Source of the DNA: a virus
Taxonomy: Duplodnaviria > Heunggongvirae > Uroviricota > Caudoviricetes
Strand: one strand, 5' to 3'
DNA: 27,580 bases
IMG/VR virus record: IMGVR_UViG_2671180903_000020
The translations under genes and the position numbers were made by a program. The notes beneath the pieces are model-generated. The model saw nothing but the letters and a program-made list of their open reading frames with translations, did not search any database and was not told the origin of the DNA. This document shows positions 26,205 to 27,580 of this stretch, piece by piece. The stretch's first letter is position 1. Each line of letters begins with the position of its first letter.

Positions 26205-27580
26205 AACGAACGCCTGTCCTGATTGATGTGAACGGCGTTCCGCTTCGTGAGAGTCTCAGCTACAACGGGGGCGGTGCAGGATTTGGCGGGCAAATGGCTG
26301 AGTGGTTGCCACCGGCGCAGAGTGCCGATGCGGCCCTGCTGCCCGCGTTGCGTCTGGGGAATGCCCGGGCAGATGATCTGGTGCGCAATAACGGAATAGC
26401 GGCTAATGCGGTGGCTCTGCATAAGGATCACATTGTCGGGCATATGTTTCTGATCAGCTACCGTCCGAACTGGCGCTGGCTGGGGATGCGGGAGACCGCA
26501 GCAAAAAGCTTTGTCGATGAGGTGGAGGCGGCCTGGTCGGAATACGCCGAAGGGATGTCTGGCGAGATCGACGTGGAAGGAAAACGCACGTTCACGGAAT
26601 TTATCCGTGAAGGTGTGGGCGTTCATGCGTTTAACGGCGAAATCTTTGTGCAGCCGGTCTGGGATACGGAAACCACGCAGTTATTCCGTACGCGTTTTAA
26701 AGCCGTGAGTCCGAAACGGGTGGACACGCCTGGACACGGTATGGGGAACCGTTTTCTGCGGGCCGGTGTGGAGGTCGATCGATATGGCCGTGCCGTCGCG
26801 TACCATATCTGTGAGGATGATTTTCCGTTCTCTGGTAGTGGACGATGGGAACGGGTCCCGCGTGAACTTCCCACCGGGCGTCCGGCCATGCTGCATATTT
26901 TCGAGCCGGTGGAGGACGGGCAGACCCGTGGGGCTAATCAGTTTTACAGCGTCATGGAACGGCTGAAGATGCTCGATTCCCTGCAGGCAACACAGCTTCA
27001 GTCGGCCATAGTGAAGGCGATGTATGCAGCGACGATTGAAAGTGACCTTGATACCGAAAAGGCCTTTGAATATATCGCCGGCGCGCCACAGGAGCAGAAG
27101 GATAATCCGCTTATTAATATTCTGGAGAAGTTCTCCAGCTGGTATGACACGAATAACGTGACACTGGGCGGTGTCAAAATTCCGCACCTTTTCCCTGGTG
27201 ATGATCTGAAACTACAGACTGCGCAGGATTCAGACAATGGATTTTCTGCGCTTGAACAGGCGCTGCTGCGGTATATCGCCGCCGGTCTTGGCGTTTCCTA
27301 CGAACAGTTGTCCCGTGATTACTCGAAGGTCAGTTACTCAAGTGCCAGGGCCTCTGCCAATGAGTCGTGGCGCTATTTTATGGGACGGCGAAAATTTATT
27401 GCGGCCCGGCTGGCCACGCAGATGTTTTCCTGCTGGCTGGAAGAGGCACTTCTTCGGGGGATTATTCGTCCGCCACGGGCACGTTTTGATTTTTATCAGG
27501 CGCGATCAGCCTGGTCACGGGCAGAGTGGATTGGTGCCGGAAGAATGGCCATTGACGGGCTCAAGGAGGTTCAGGAATCG
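26201..27580 (+). CDS. B: Portal protein (gpB-like), 5' partial; runs off the window end, not in the ORF track
   Basis: Hand translation from ATG 26201: MKRTPVLIDVNGVPLRESLSYNGGGAGFGGQMAEWLPPAQSADAALLPALRLGNARADDLVRNNGIAANAVALHKDH...; open to window end. Confidence 0.85.
   Translation, partial: MKRTPVLIDVNGVPLRESLSYNGGGAGFGGQMAEWLPPAQSADAALLPALRLGNARADDLVRNNGIAANAVALHKDHIVGHMFLISYRPNWRWLGMRETAAKSFVDEVEAAWSEYAEGMSGEIDVEGKRTFTEFIREGVGVHAFNGEIFVQPVWDTETTQLFRTRFKAVSPKRVDTPGHGMGNRFLRAGVEVDRYGRAVAYHICEDDFPFSGSGRWERVPRELPTGRPAMLHIFEPVEDGQTRGANQFYSVMERLKMLDSLQATQLQSAIVKAMYAATIESDLDTEKAFEYIAGAPQEQKDNPLINILEKFSSWYDTNNVTLGGVKIPHLFPGDDLKLQTAQDSDNGFSALEQALLRYIAAGLGVSYEQLSRDYSKVSYSSARASANESWRYFMGRRKFIAARLATQMFSCWLEEALLRGIIRPPRARFDFYQARSAWSRAEWIGAGRMAIDGLKEVQES

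Overview
This window reads as the left ~27.6 kb of an integrated lambdoid (lambda-family) prophage of an enterobacterial host, running from the 3' end of int to the 5' part of the portal gene. All calls are from reading the sequence and from memory of lambda, 434 and phage 21 proteins; no database search was run. Order: int-xis; an AT-rich accessory block of unknown genes; lambda-like orf73/orf63/orf60a, Red exo-bet-gam, kil and cIII; a coiled-coil gene and an acidic gene; a disrupted ral; sieB; N with nutL; a 434-type immunity region with a secreted-protein gene coupled to cI; cro, nutR, cII, oop, O with ori iterons, P, ren; a nin region with a Dam-like methylase and rusA; Q and pR'; an AT-rich membrane-protein gene plus a nanS-p-type esterase where Stx phages carry stx; a phage-21-type lysis cassette; Rha; cosN with non-lambda cosB repeats; terminase, W and portal (partial). 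Several real genes are under 60 aa and absent from the ORF track (cIII, kil, ral, a 28-codon ORF). No tRNA, rRNA, CRISPR array or IS element was recognised by eye. The most likely places for undescribed biology are the cI-coupled secreted protein, the Q-lysis membrane protein, the int-proximal accessory cassette and the acidic/coiled-coil pair beside ral. Two sequence oddities stand out: a 17-nt poly-C tract in the N leader and an apparent frameshift plus premature stop in ral.
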